Part shown: positions 25,963 to 38,899 of the stretch, piece by piece
How positions within the stretch are numbered: the stretch's first letter is position 1
How the letters are laid out: the number at the start of each line of letters is the position of its first letter
NCBI RefSeq assembly: GCF_006345805.1
Contig: NC_043006.1
Coordinates: forward strand, 81,034,001 to 81,098,000
Length of the DNA: 64,000 bases
Source: Octopus sinensis
Taxonomy: Eukaryota
Direction: 5' to 3'
Translations under genes and position numbers: made by a program
Notes under the pieces: generated by a model
The model's database searches: none
What the model saw: only the letters and a program-made list of their open reading frames with translations
What the model was told of the DNA's origin: nothing

Positions 25963-26639
25963 ATATATATAAATATATATACATATATATCTATAAAATG
26001 ATAACGTGATCGACGAGACAGTCTGATATTTTTATACATAGCTAGTGACAATGCGCCTTTCATTGATTTAGCTTTCGAATGATGCCACCCTCCTTGCTAG
26101 ACGAACAGGACAACATCCCCCCTGATGAATGTTGTCCGCAGCATAGATCATAGATCATAAGAAACTCCTACACAAATCGTGTATATTATATATTACTTGG
26201 AACAAAGACATAATTATAAAGCATGAGACAATAAACGCTAATCAAGAGTTTCTTATACCCGACCATATAAAGTTTTCAATATCGTGAGACGGTTCAGAGA
26301 AGACAGTGCAAGTGAAAGAGAGTAATAAAACTTTGATGTTGCACCACACGCACTGGCTACCAAATCTAAGTCTACCGTGATTTCCTTACCTAGCACAATT
26401 CAACCCTCGCCTCGAAGCTGTCATACTCTCTGGACTTGGTCCCGAGTATATTTTCCTTCCCATTATTGAACTCTATTTTGGTAGGTGGCCCATTGTGAAG
26501 GATAGACAATATGGAAAGTAATTCCCCAGAAAATTTGAGCCCTATATCTGGAAGGTGTTTTAGGTTGCGTTTACAAATCTACATAAATAGTTGGCAGCGG
26601 TGCATACATATAGATATAGACATACTCATACGCATGCAT

Positions 26640-26930
26640 ATGCACGCATATATTTATGATGTATGTATGTATGTATGTATGTATGTATGTATGTATGTAC
26701 ATGTATGTGTGTAAGCATGTTTGTATGTCTGTGTGTGAGTTTGTATGTATGTACGTATGTATGTGTGTGTATGGGTGTATGTATGCATGTATGTATGTAT
26801 GTAAGTGAGTGTGTATGTATGTAGTTACGTATGCATATGTGTGTATGTATGTATGCATGTATGTACGTATGTATGTATGTATTTACGTATACATGTATGT
26901 ATGCATGTATGTATGTATCTATGTATGCAT
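26640..26930. repeat. Degenerate (GTAT)n microsatellite
   Basis: Directly visible. Confidence 0.9.
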
Positions 26931-27070
26931 GCAGTGGAATAGTTTCAAAGCGACAAATCTAATTTAAGGTGAGTAAATCAATAAAGTATTTATTTATTAA
27001 TATTTTCAATGTCCGTTTTGCTTTTGAACTGATTTATATACAGGCCAGAGTAGAAAAGAATTTTTAAAGC

Positions 27071-27280
27071 GGCGAGCTGGCAGAAACGTTGGCACGCCGG
27101 GCGAAATGTTTACCGTTATTTCGTCTCATTACCTTCTAAGTTCAAATTCCGCCGAGGTCGACATTCCCCTTCATCTTTTCGGGGTCGACAAATCAAGTAC
27201 CATTTGGGTACTGGGGTCGATCTAATCGACTGGCCCCGTCCCCCAAAATTTCGGGGCTCGTGCCTAGAGTAAAAAAGAAT
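27071..27280 (+). mobile_element. SINE family B copy
   Basis: GAGCTGGCAGAAACGTT head, GTTCAAATTCC B-box-like motif, CCGAGGTCGAC...TTCATC..TTCGGGGTCGA core. Confidence 0.8.
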
Positions 27281-27730
27281 CATCTGCATCAACAACAACG
27301 AAAATATATAATTTGTATACTTTTATCCTTTACTTCTTTCAGTCATTTGACAATCTTTCTCGCCAACTTCCGAAAACCTCTCTCTCCAACCTCCAACAAT
27401 CTCTCCCTCCTCCAGTTGACAGTTTTTTGTATTTTTCCATCATGGAAAAAAAACACCTTTTGTGGCAGTTATAACATTTCAATAGAAAATCTTTACCCCA
27501 TTCCCGGGTATTACCAGGTACACCAGCAAGTATATTAATATATATGTGTGTGTGTGTGTGTGGAGGGATTGTTCTTTGTGTTGCCTGTCTTATGTTTCTA
27601 TTTATGTCTTTCGTTGTTCGCAGAAAAGTTCGTTTTCCATGCTGTTGTAGTTTATGTCACCATTTTTCATGTTGTTTACTTTTTTGATGTCCTGTAACCA
27701 CATGAGCATGTTTATATACATATATATGTA

Positions 27731-27772
<42 letters not shown>

Positions 27773-27815
27773 ATGTGTGTGTGTGTGTGTGTGTATGTGT
27801 GTGTGTGTGTGTGTG

Positions 27816-28900
27816 TATAAAACTCAACATGTGTGTCTGTGTGTGTATCTGTGTGAGTGTCTGTGTGTTTAACTTCCCGACACATCTCCTCCTAGCCAAC
27901 AAATCGTAGAACCACCAAAAATGGGTCACTTAAAGTTTAGGCAAATGAAAATTGAACTGCGCTATTTCTGTTCCGAAATTCATCTCGCAAGTGCAAAATC
28001 GATAATGTGTTTGTTTAGGCCTTATCCCATGCATTGAATAGTGAACTTTACTCAGTCAGCTGTTTGACGTGAACTGTGTTCACCACGCGTTCAAGCATGC
28101 GTAAATTGCATGAAAAATAAAAAATCAAGATGTAAAAACGAATCACCGTAAATATTGTAGAAATTCGGCAAAGAAATGAATTTTCGGGATGTAGCCTGGA
28201 GGGTTTTTTCGTATTAATCGTTTGGAACTTGTGAACACATACGAATTGTTTTCATAACATTTTTAACGCTTTGAATTAAATGTGACCATTTTGCGTTGAG
28301 TCTGCAGTTTGAATCACTTTAACCAAATTTTAGCTGGCCGGATTTTTGATCATCACGATACATCACCAGTGACTCCCTGAAACTCTCCCCTGAAATCCCC
28401 GTTGAGAAATCTATATATATTAAAACTCAACATGTGTGTCTGTGTGTGTATATGTGTGTGTGTCTGTGTGTTTAACGTTTGGATCTACCAAGTTTCATTA
28501 TTAAGGATGGAAAGTAGTGTGTAGAAATCTATATATATAAAGCTGAAGTTGTCTGTGTGTGACAGGTTTGGTAGCCTTCAACTAACACTATCTCCTTCGA
28601 GACCCTGCAGCGCAAGTTGACCAAAATTGATAGTATGATAGAAGAAGGCTTGCTCTTCATTCTGTAGAAGATAAAATTCAAATCGGACCATTATTTACAT
28701 CAAAAAGGTGCTTTTTTCTATGAAAATCCCTATTTTTTACGATTTTTGACTGCTGTGTCACCATTTTTCGGTTTATTTCAACTGGAAAAATGTTCACTTA
28801 AAGAGAATAACAAGTTGCATAATGCAAATTTTTTGCGTTTCAAATATTCCAATTATAAAGGGTTGAAACAAACCCCAGCAACACCGGGTGATACTGCTAA
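27816..28900 (+). mobile_element. Composite non-autonomous Helitron-like element
   Basis: TCTATATATAT(T/A)AA starts at 28410 and 28528; the 28410 start shares a ~55-bp leader with 27816; a single 3' end with decayed hairpin ACCCCAGC-AAC-ACCGGGT then CTGCTAA (CTAG-like) at 28900. Confidence 0.55.
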
Positions 28901-28928
28901 TATATATAGTATATATATATATATTCAA

Positions 28929-29133
28929 AATGTGACCGCGTGTGTAACTTTGGCGATTTTTTTCCTCCGTCTTCCCTTCTCTGGATCTTTCCTTTTCCAA
29001 TGTTTCTGACGAAGAGCTCCGCTCGAAACGTAAAACCCTCCTTCTTCCCTTCCTTCGTGAGCGTCCAATAATACTATATTTGTTCCACGTTGTTGCTGTG
29101 TTTTCTCTTTGTGTTGTCATGTTTGGATTAACT
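28929..29133 (+). mobile_element. ~205-bp PLE-terminus-like element with minimal HHR
   Basis: Bounded by (TA)n; inverted, decayed homolog at 30490-30682. Confidence 0.75.
29002..29036 (+). ncRNA. Minimal type I hammerhead ribozyme motif (ACGU helix III)
   Basis: GUUU-CUGACGA-A-GAGC(UCC)GCUC-GAA-ACGU-A-AAAC; predicted cleavage after 29032. Confidence 0.8.
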
Positions 29134-29219
29134 TTATATATATATATTATTTACCTTATAGGATTGAACGCCACGCATCCATCCCCAAGTAAGTTATATA
29201 TATATACATATATATATAT

Positions 29220-29585
29220 AGGCACAAGAGTAATTGTGTGGTAAGTAGCTTTCTTACCAGCCACATGGTTCCGGGTTCAGTCCCACTGCGTGGCACCTTG
29301 GGAGGTGTATTCTCCCGTAGCCCTGAGCCGACCAAATCCTTGTGAGTGGATTTGGTAGACGGAAACTGTCGTATATATATATGTTTGTTTGTGTATGTGT
29401 GTGTGTTTATGTGTCTGTGTTTGTCCTCTCACCATCGCTTGACAAACCGATCTCGGTGTGTTTACGTCCCTTTAACAAAAGAGACCGATAGCATAAATAC
29501 TAGGCTTAGAAAGAATAAGTATCGGGGTCGACTGAAGGTGGTATGGCATCAGTCAAATGACTGAAACAAAAAAGAAATAAAATAA
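29220..29585 (+). mobile_element. SINE family A copy
   Basis: Homology to 23845-24255 along its length. Confidence 0.8.
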
Positions 29586-29644
29586 TATAAATATATATAT
29601 AGGGAGAAAAATATGTATGTGTATATATAATATAACAATATATA

Positions 29645-29696
<52 letters not shown>

Positions 29697-29734
29697 TATA
29701 TATATATAACAATATATATATATATATAACAATC

Positions 29735-29824
<90 letters not shown>

Positions 29825-29856
29825 TATATATAATCTATATATAAACATTATATATA

Positions 29857-30070
29857 TAGTGGTTGATACTCCTTAGCAGAGTTTGACCACCTCCTGTGGC
29901 TTTTTAAATCAGACAATGATTTGAAAAGACATCCACATAGATTGCATATCCGATCTGCACCACCAAGAGCTGCAGATAAATTCTGATCTTTGTGGGTCTT
30001 AAAATGTCTTTTCAGGCTCCCATCAGATTTGCAAACATTCAGCCTTATATTGTCATTCAAAAGGTGTGCA
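29857..30070 (-). pseudogene. C2H2 zinc-finger remnant, probably an RTE-LINE C-terminus
   Basis: VCKSDGSLKRHFKTH...ICNLCGCLFKSLSDLKSHRR; no TGEKP linker; flanked by simple repeats. Confidence 0.45.
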
Positions 30071-30239
30071 CAGACATCCACACACACACACACACACCAC
30101 CTATATATATATACTATATATATATATATATATGCAGACATATAGGTAGACTAATTCGTGGAAGTTCGTTTTCGATGGGTTCGCAAATGAGATTTGAGTC
30201 CAGCAATAGAAAAATATGGTCCCTACAAAAACAAGATTT

Positions 30240-30395
30240 TTAATTCTCTCTCTGTTTATTTCCTGTTGTTCCTTCTGTTGAAGAGAGCATGCTCGAAACG
30301 TGAAATATTTTCTCACCTTCCCCAGCGTTAATGTAATACACCCGTTTGTTGTTTATACCCATATCTTCGTATATTGTTTTTATGTAAATTTCATG
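30240..30395 (+). mobile_element. CUGUNGA-family short repeat
   Basis: CTGTTGA-A-GA-GAGC-AT-GCTC-GAAACGTG at 30275-30302 plus family flanks. Confidence 0.6.
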
Positions 30396-30415
30396 TAGCT
30401 ATGTATATATATATA

Positions 30416-30489
<74 letters not shown>

Positions 30490-30492
<3 letters not shown>

Positions 30493-30682
30493 TAATCCAA
30501 ACAAGAAAGCACAATAAAACACAACAACGCGAGGACGTGGAACAAATATAGTATTATTGGACGCTCAGGAAAGAAGGAAAGAAGGAGGGTTTAGCTCTGT
30601 GTCGGAAGCATAGGAGAAGGAAAGATCCAGAGAAGGGAAGACAGGGGAAAAAAATCGCCAACGGTACACACGAGGTCACATT
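30490..30682 (-). mobile_element. Decayed copy of the 28929-29133 element, HHR core partly deleted
   Basis: Reverse complement aligns except across GCTCGAAACGTA. Confidence 0.75.
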
Positions 30683-30757
30683 ATATATATATATAAGAAA
30701 TTAAAGAAGGAAAATTACAACACTTTACATAATTTTAATATATTTTTTAATATATTT

Positions 30758-31148
30758 CATATTGTGTTTGTCGACCGGTTTCACTTTCGCTAATCATGAT
30801 GTGTGTGGATTTTATGTATGAATGATTCAACAAGTAGAGTAATCAAAGTGGAGGTAATTGGTGATCATTATTATTGTGGACAGGGGAAATAATTGTTCGG
30901 TGTGTGTGTGTGTGTGTGGAATTATACACAGATATCCCCCCTCACAGAAATATGCACAACTATGTCCCCTGTTTACAATAATAACGATCACCAAATACCT
31001 CCCCTTCGATTTTTCTAATTGTTGAATCATTCTTTCACAAACTCCACAATTAACATGAACAAAAATATTTTACTAAGAACATACGCAATTCAAATAATTT
31101 TAATGTGATGATTAGCGATAGCGAAACCGGTCGACAAACACAATATAA
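30758..31148. repeat. Imperfect fold-back element with decayed HHR motifs pointing outward
   Basis: ATTGTGTTTGTCGACCGGTTTC / GAAACCGGTCGACAAACACAAT and a second block GATTCAACAA..GGTGATC.TTATTATTGT..ACAGGGGA repeated in inverted form. Confidence 0.75.
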
Positions 31149-34100
31149 TATATATATATATATTAAAAGTATATAATGTGAGTGCATTTTCCTTCTTTAT
31201 ATTACTCACCACATGGGAATAATCGAAATTCCTCCCTTTTTGTTACTTTATGCACACACACATATATATATTAATAATTTTGATGGAGGTAGTAGATGTT
31301 AATTTGACTTCTAACCTCATTTAAATTATAGTTGCTTCCCTAGGCGGACGATATTTTTATTCTAAGGAGCGCCATGTTATAAAAGTGCAGTGTAATCCCA
31401 ATGCATTTACAACAGAATAGGCTCCACGTATGATGCTGTAGATGCTATTATGTATTACCCATTGGTCTCGTTGATCTTCATCATGGGCACGAACTTACAT
31501 GGCCCATCTAGTATTGATTTGTAACGGTTACATAACTCGAACTTCATTATAGAGGACAATATTTCACAGCAGTATTTTGTCATGGTCTAGAGTAGAGTGG
31601 CTCAATACAAGGATATCTTTGAACTTGATTGAACAGCTCTGTACTAGACTGCATTTGAGTGATTACCTTTAGATCAACTACCATTTTTAACTCTATTAGT
31701 TCTAGGTCCATAGGAAATCATATTTTAACCAAAGATTCGAAAACTGGATAGCTATCATTAACTGCATTATCAAGTAAAGGATTCAGGCCTTGTGTCTATA
31801 GCAGAAACGATTATCAATGAAAGGAGTTATATGAAATGCGAAATATGACTTCTACTTCTGTAAGTCACCATATGTTGTTTGTAATTTATTGAACAAATTT
31901 GTGATTTATCTTTGTATTCTTCGATTTTGTTGGTCTTTCATTTCATGATAAAGAAATGTATTTACTTTCCTGCTTGGCACTATGCCTCTGTCAGAAGAGA
32001 AAACTGTCAAAGTAAGAACAAAAACCAACTAATCCTATCCCTGGAGTATCAAATCGAAAGTTTATATCTGATTCCTTATAACAGAAAGGAGCATATAACC
32101 TTACATCCATTCATCAGTTTCCAATACTCGATGGAAATTTGTTTCTTTTCCTTAAAAAAACATATAAACGAGAGGCTCCAGCAGATACCTAACTTTACTC
32201 AAGACATTGCTACTTGACATCCAGCTGATAATGGAGTATAAATAAAACAGGCGTCTCTCACGTTTTTTTTTTTTTCAACTCCAATAAACCGTTTCTTTTA
32301 TTTTGAAAAATATTGATGCTTTTCTTCATTTAAGCATATGGAACTGACAATTTGAAGAACTTTTCATTCGTGACCACTCAGTATTTTTCGTAAGTGCATC
32401 AAACTAGGATTACAATATTCAAGATGCTCTATGAAGATTTTCTATTCCAGATGCTCTATTCAAGACCTTCTATCAAGATAGTGTGTGATTTGATTGAGAC
32501 ATGGGTGCTATTTCTAATAGATCAAAAGGTAATAACTTATATAGAATCTGCACCCATACGTGGTTGATTTGCGGAAGTGATACTCTGTACAAATAAACAG
32601 ATTTGAAGAAAAGGCAAGTGCTACAAAGAGAATCGTGTTTAATAATACATATAAAATATTTTATTTACAATTTTAACACCTCTAGCAATCTTATTGTAAC
32701 AAAACGTATTGAATTAAATGAACCAGAAGAATTAAAACTAAATTTCGAGTTGTAAATGCCGGTAAGAATTTAGTACAAAAAGTTTTGAATTAAAAATACA
32801 TCTTTCGATCCTCCGTTATGAGTTACACCCTGTTCATGCACATGAGGTTAGCAAGTTCCTGCGTCAAGTAATTAAGCTTGATCACAGATTTGATATATCT
32901 CAATTTTTTAACACCACTGTCCATGTCCTCCGTACTGTGATATCCCTGCGTCATGCTTAATGGTCTGAAAATAGTTTCTCACTCAAGCTTCCTATTATTT
33001 CTTCCCCTCACCACTGAAAGACAAATCCTGACTCAGATATAACATCCGATTACAATCATGATTATATTCGTAATTATTGCTACTAACTGCAAAATACTAA
33101 ACGAACGTATTAATCCAGGGCGCTCTATTGTAATGCACAACAAATAACTGCAAATAACTGCAAAGCTTGTTAGTTTTTCTTATTTACATTTATATTACCA
33201 TTAAAGTAAAAAAAAAAAACACGATCTCTCTGAACGTATTTACACAAGCTGAACATTTAAGGTCGAAGGGTCGCGATTTGTTGACGCCTTTACTCAGAAA
33301 TATGAAGTACCACGGGCATCGTACAGTATTCTGTAATTTCAACAGCGGTTGCATATCGTCGATTATCGATAGATTCACAATTACCTCACTACTCGTGAGA
33401 TCATATGAATTCATAGGATTTCCAATAGTTAACATACCAGTGACCGATTCATGATGGATATTATAAAGGCATATGAAAGAAGATTAAAACTAAGAGTAAA
33501 GTTGTTCCTTGCAATAAGTTAACCCTAATGCTTGTATGGATATCGAGAAATTACAATCTTTACATACATACCTACACACATGCATACATACATACATACA
33601 TACATACATACATACATACATACATACATACATACATACATACAATCTTAATCGAGTCACTCCGTGGAAAAATATATGCATCTCGGCATCGCTGCAAACA
33701 CAGTTATGCAACCAAGTATCTTATGATAATTTTGCCATCGTTGCGTTACTTAGCCCGTCGGTAACGATTTCACGTGATTAGGGAAACAGAGGGAGAAAGA
33801 AAAGTAGAGAAAAAACGAGGGAGGTAGAGGGAAAACCCGTGAGGTAGAGGCAATGTAAATGTAACAGTTTCACGTACTTGTTTGATGGGAAAGAAAAAGA
33901 AAAAGGGGATAAAGCGAAGAGTGAGACAGAAAGAGGGAGAAAGAAGCAACATGACATGAGGTAGGGGGAACAACATTTATTACATGGTTAAAGAGAGTCA
34001 GGGAGAGAGAGAGAGAGAAGGAGAAAGAGGGGAGCTGGTGATGGTGGTGGTGCTGGTCTTGGTGCTGGTGGTAGAGATGGAGGTGATAGTGGTGATGGTG

Positions 34101-34897
34101 GTGGTGGTGAATGGTGGTGGAGATGGAGAGGTGGTGTTGGAGATGGAGGCAGTGATGGTGGTGGTGGAGATGGACGTGGTGTTAGTGATTGGGTAATGAA
34201 AAGTGTATTTTTTAAAATTGAACTAATTTTTTTTACATCATCCGTCAGTTAATGCATGCGCGTAAGTGCAAATTCGTGAAATATTCACGTTTAATTACGC
34301 GGCAGATGTATGCAATTTAACTAAAGGTTGTATCATATGTACGGGATATTTTTTTCTTTAAGGGAAAAAATGGAAAAATAAGAGTGAATATATATTTTAT
34401 GAGTGCTGTGTATCAAGTCTATAAAATTGTGCGTAAAGTATATGAAGTGTATATGTAAAATGCATTAAGTAATCATCGTATTCCAATATCTTACACTTTT
34501 CAATGAATAGCAGATGAGCGACTATCTTTCCGTAGAGACAAAACACAGGCTACATTTTCAGTTTTATTTGATAAACATTTCAGAAATAATCCAGTAGGTT
34601 TACCATTAATTCCTGAAATATTCACGGGTCTCGTTAGTGAGAGTCAATAGCTGAGGAACTGAATATTCAGTCATATGAGCTGAAAGTAAAATAATATTAA
34701 CTGTATGAATATTTATATATTGGGTTGTACGGTGAGTTTTTAATATGCAAAAAGGGATATAAATAATTCACCTTTCAGTAAATTTTATTGAATGAAATAA
34801 TTTCCATCATTAATAATGACATTTGCTCATCTATCAGAAAATCTAAATATTCCATCATAATAAAATTTGACTTATTTTAAGGGAAAAAATGTTTTAT

Positions 34898-35249
34898 AGG
34901 CGCAGGAGTGGCTGTGTGGTAAGTAGCTTGCTAACCAACCACATGGTTCCGGGTTCAGTCCCACTGCGTGGCATCTTGGGCAAGTGTCTTCTGCTATAGC
35001 CCCGGGCCGACCAATGCCTTGTGAGTGGATTTGGTAGACGGAAACTGAAAGAAGCCTGTCGTATATATGTATATATATATGTGTATGTATGTGTGTTTGT
35101 GAGTCTGTGTTTGTCCCCCTAGCATTGCTTGACAACCGATGCTGGTGTGTTTACGTCCCCGTAACTTAGCGGTTCAGCATAAGAGACCAATAGAATAAGT
35201 ACTGGGCTTACAAAGAATAAGTCCCGGGGTCGATTTGCTCGACTAAAGG
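34898..35249 (+). mobile_element. SINE family A copy, 3'-truncated
   Basis: High similarity to 23845-24195. Confidence 0.85.
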
Positions 35250-36224
35250 TTTCTATGTCAAGATACGAGGCCAAATTTGTTAAAGACATCATGTTTTAGT
35301 AGATTTACTGGGTGCCTAGCAAAGTGGCCTAATGTGTTGGAATTTCACGCACGGCTGATTAAGTAATACAGAAATATCATACCAAGGTAACGGTATCAAC
35401 ATATACATATACCTCATACGAATATTCTCAGGCCCTATTTACACATACCTTCGCATACACGCACACACACTGTAGTTCACATACAAAATATTTATATCAA
35501 AATAGTAATTTCATAACGAATAGAATTCCATCATTATGTCATGTGGTCAAATCAACTGATACCATAATTTGTGTATATATACAATCATACATATCCATAT
35601 GCATGCATAGATAGATGATATTCACGTGCAAACATACAACGATTTATACCCTGACAAGCTACTCCACTAGCAATCCTAAAAGTTATAATACACTAATCTA
35701 TAATTAAGGCTGCATATTACAGATATAGCGAAATAAAATAAAGTATGGGAAACATAAATCTAGGAATAAATTGCGGGGACAATATTTTAGAGTTAACATG
35801 TAGTAATATTAGCGCAGTAGAATTATCGCAATTAGTTTAAGAGTTAGTATAATATAGGGAGGACCAGCGGTACGTTTGTGAATATCGTATGAATAATTTA
35901 TGAGAAGAGATTTACAGCTAATTACTTCACAGATTAAAGATATGCACTAATCACATTTATCATTACTATCTCAGTGAGGTAATGTTGAATTGCCAATCAA
36001 AATCAACAGAGTCCGGACTTAGCAAGGTAGAAATACAGAAACACTGAACAATACAAGCTATACTAATTTGCGTGGGTTGACTAGTAGTAATAATATTATT
36101 AATGCATTTAGGTTAAAGCTAAATCGTTAATTTTTAGTATTGTGTAAGAAGGTTGTGCAGCAAATTTGTGGACATCGTTTTATCACAGTAAATCTTTGAT
36201 TAATTCATTTTATTTCCACTAAAT

Positions 36225-36564
36225 TATTTAATGTGGAAGCACTCCGTCGGTTACGGCGATGAGGGTTCCGGTTGATCCGACCAACGGAACAGCCTGCTCG
36301 TGAAATCAACGTGTAAGTGGCTGAGCACTCCACAGACACGTGTACCCTTAACGTGTAGATCTCGGGGATATTCAGCGTGACACAGAGAGTGACAAGGCCG
36401 GCCCTTTGAAATACTGCAGGGATCACCACCACCCCCTGCCGGAGCCTCGTGGAGCTTTTAGGTGTTTTCGCTCAATAAACACTCACAACGCCCGGTCTGG
36501 GAATCGAAACCGCGATCCTACGACCGCGAGTCCGCTGCCCTAACCACTGGGCCATTGCGCCTCC
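36225..36564 (-). mobile_element. tRNA-derived SINE (family D)
   Basis: Minus strand GGAGGCGCAATGGCCCAGTGGTTAGGGCAGCGGACTCGCGGTCGTAGGATCGCGGTTTCGATTCCC; A/B boxes followed by a non-tRNA body. Confidence 0.8.
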
Positions 36565-36812
36565 TAGATTATTTAATATAAGTTTTAGATATACACAAAT
36601 TACAGATATCATTACTAACTTTATGGGTTTGCTTTTGCATATAATGGATTAAGCAATTTCATAGCAATTAATAGCAATCATCTACACAAACTAATGGAAC
36701 ATGTAAAATTAGCTTTAGTCCTAGCCGTAAAGCTACAAGTGTGATTATAATATTTGCGTTTAAACTTATTTGAGGTACTTCCGCTATATACATAGACATT
36801 TCCAAGTGCACG

Positions 36813-36885
<73 letters not shown>

Positions 36886-36983
36886 GTCTATCGATATTTA
36901 CACACCCATACACACACGCGCGCGCATACATGCATACATACATACATACATACATACATACATACATACATACATACACATAG

Positions 36984-37255
36984 TGAAGGCGCATGGGTCA
37001 GTGGTTAGTGCGTCTGGCTCACGATTATGAGGAAGTGCATTCGATTCCCGTGTTTTGTTCTTGAGCAAGACACTTTATTTCACGTTGCTCCAGTTCACTC
37101 AGCTGTAGCAATGAGTTGTGATGTCACTGTTGCCAAGCTGTATCAGTCTATGAATTTCCCTTGGATACCATCAGTGGGGTGGAGAGAGGAGGCTGATATG
37201 CATGGGAAATTGCTTTTCTTCCATAAAAACAATCTTCCCGGACTTGTGCTTTGTA
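36984..37255 (+). mobile_element. SINE family C copy followed by trinucleotide repeats
   Basis: TGAAGGCGCATGGGTCAGTGGTTAG head; body matches the reverse complement of 7148-7482. Confidence 0.75.
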
Positions 37256-37349
37256 ATAGTAATAGTAGTTGTAGTAGTAGTAGTAGTAGTAGTATCAGCA
37301 ATATCATCATGGTCACCATGATCATCATAGCCATTAACATCATCATCGA

Positions 37350-37428
<79 letters not shown>

Positions 37429-37593
37429 TTCTTTCTTTCTTCAAATTTTCTTCCGTTTCCCGCCGAGTGTTTTCCGTACACCTAGGGCAGAGAAATTCGT
37501 TGCATGCATTCCCAGATTACGCAAACAAATTCACAGGTAAAGTATGTATTAAAAAAAACAATAAAGAAAGAAATTCATGGATGGTTGTTTATT

Positions 37594-38345
37594 TCACATC
37601 GATAATGCTCTTCTCAGTACATGAGCCGTTCCAGTTAACACGATTTTTGCACTTCCTGTAGGGATTGTAAGCCTGGTATCATTTTCAAATAGGTTTCAGT
37701 ACCTTTTTTTTTTTATCATTCCTAGAGATCCTACAATCACTGGTAGTGTAGTCGCCTTGAGATGCCACATTTATTCAATTTCTATTGTCAAGTCTTTATA
37801 TTTACTGATCTTGCCAAATTCCTTCGCCGCTATATTGTGATCGCAAGGAATACTCATATCAATTAATAAACACACCTTTTTTCTCTGATCTTTTATAATA
37901 ATATCCAGTGTATTAGCTTTTATAGTTTTGTCGGTGTATACGGGCAAGTCCCATAGAATCTCCCTCAGTCACAGCTTCAGGATGGTGTGTATACCCTTTG
38001 TCAGCGGTTTTGATTTTATAATGCCGACATATTTTTCATTGTAAATACTGGCCAACTCTGTCACGTCTTGCTTTATATTCTGCAGGTGCTAAGACTCTAC
38101 ACCCAGAGATTATGTGGTCTATAGTTTCAATCTCATCGTTACAGAATCAGCATATAGGGTCAGCTCCATTTTTTATCACATTGGCTTGGTAGTTCCGGGT
38201 TAATAAGCTTTGGTCTTAAGCAGCCAATATGGAACCTTCACTCTCTGCTTTTAGCCCTGAGCTTCGTAACCATTTATGCGTGTGTCGACATCAACTTGTT
38301 TGCTACGGGCCACATACTTGCCATGCAGAGGTTTCTGTTCCCATC
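37594..38345 (-). mobile_element. R4/Dong-like RLE LINE 3' fragment
   Basis: WEQKPLHGKY, WLRSSGLKAESEGSILAA*DQSL, C*FCNDEIETIDHIISGC (CCHC), PDIIIKD, IDMSIPCD, LQEVQKIVLTGTAHVLRRALSM*. Confidence 0.8.
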
Positions 38346-38378
38346 TACTAGCTAATTTTATCATTATTTTTGTTGTTG

Positions 38379-38414
<36 letters not shown>

Positions 38415-38655
38415 TATATTATTATTATTATTATTATTATTATCATTATTATCTGTTTTACTGCCACCGCTCCAGTTTCTGCTACTATTACCAAAGTCCG
38501 TTAACAATTCTAAGCTCGACCAGTGCTTCCATAGCAACGGCATTCGCCATAGTTATGATCACCATTGTTTAAAGCCCACTGCCAGAATACTTAACAAACA
38601 GATTATAATACATTCAGTCCTGATTGGTCATTCACACTTTGTCTGCAACTAATTA

Positions 38656-38721
<66 letters not shown>

Positions 38722-38847
38722 GCTAATATATTCTTCCTTTATTCCTCTCTCTCTCTCTCAGAGACTTAGTGTGCACATACATATATTTATATATATATGT
38801 GTATGTATATATATATATATACTTTATTTTAAGCAGCAGAAAATTCA

Positions 38848-38899
38848 ACAAAATCTGTTACTCTGAGTTTCTCGTTGCCGTTCATCAGACAGTTTTTGC
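38848..38899 (-). ncRNA. Type I hammerhead ribozyme motif in pseudo-LTR
   Basis: Identical to the plus-strand copies at 42769 and 46117. Confidence 0.8.

Noticed and set aside
26109-26140. GGACAACAT(CCCCCTGATGA)ATGTTGTCC hairpin containing CTGATGA
   Set aside because: No GAAA or helix III for an HHR and no partner box for a C/D snoRNA.
29857-30070. Member of the expanded cephalopod C2H2 zinc-finger gene family
   Set aside because: Only two degenerate fingers, no TGEKP linkers; fits a LINE C-terminus better.
31499-31586. Possible 88-nt minus-strand exon (CTCTAG acceptor, GTAAGT donor, one open frame TMTKYCCEILSS...)
   Set aside because: No recognisable homology or partner exons; expected by chance in 64 kb.
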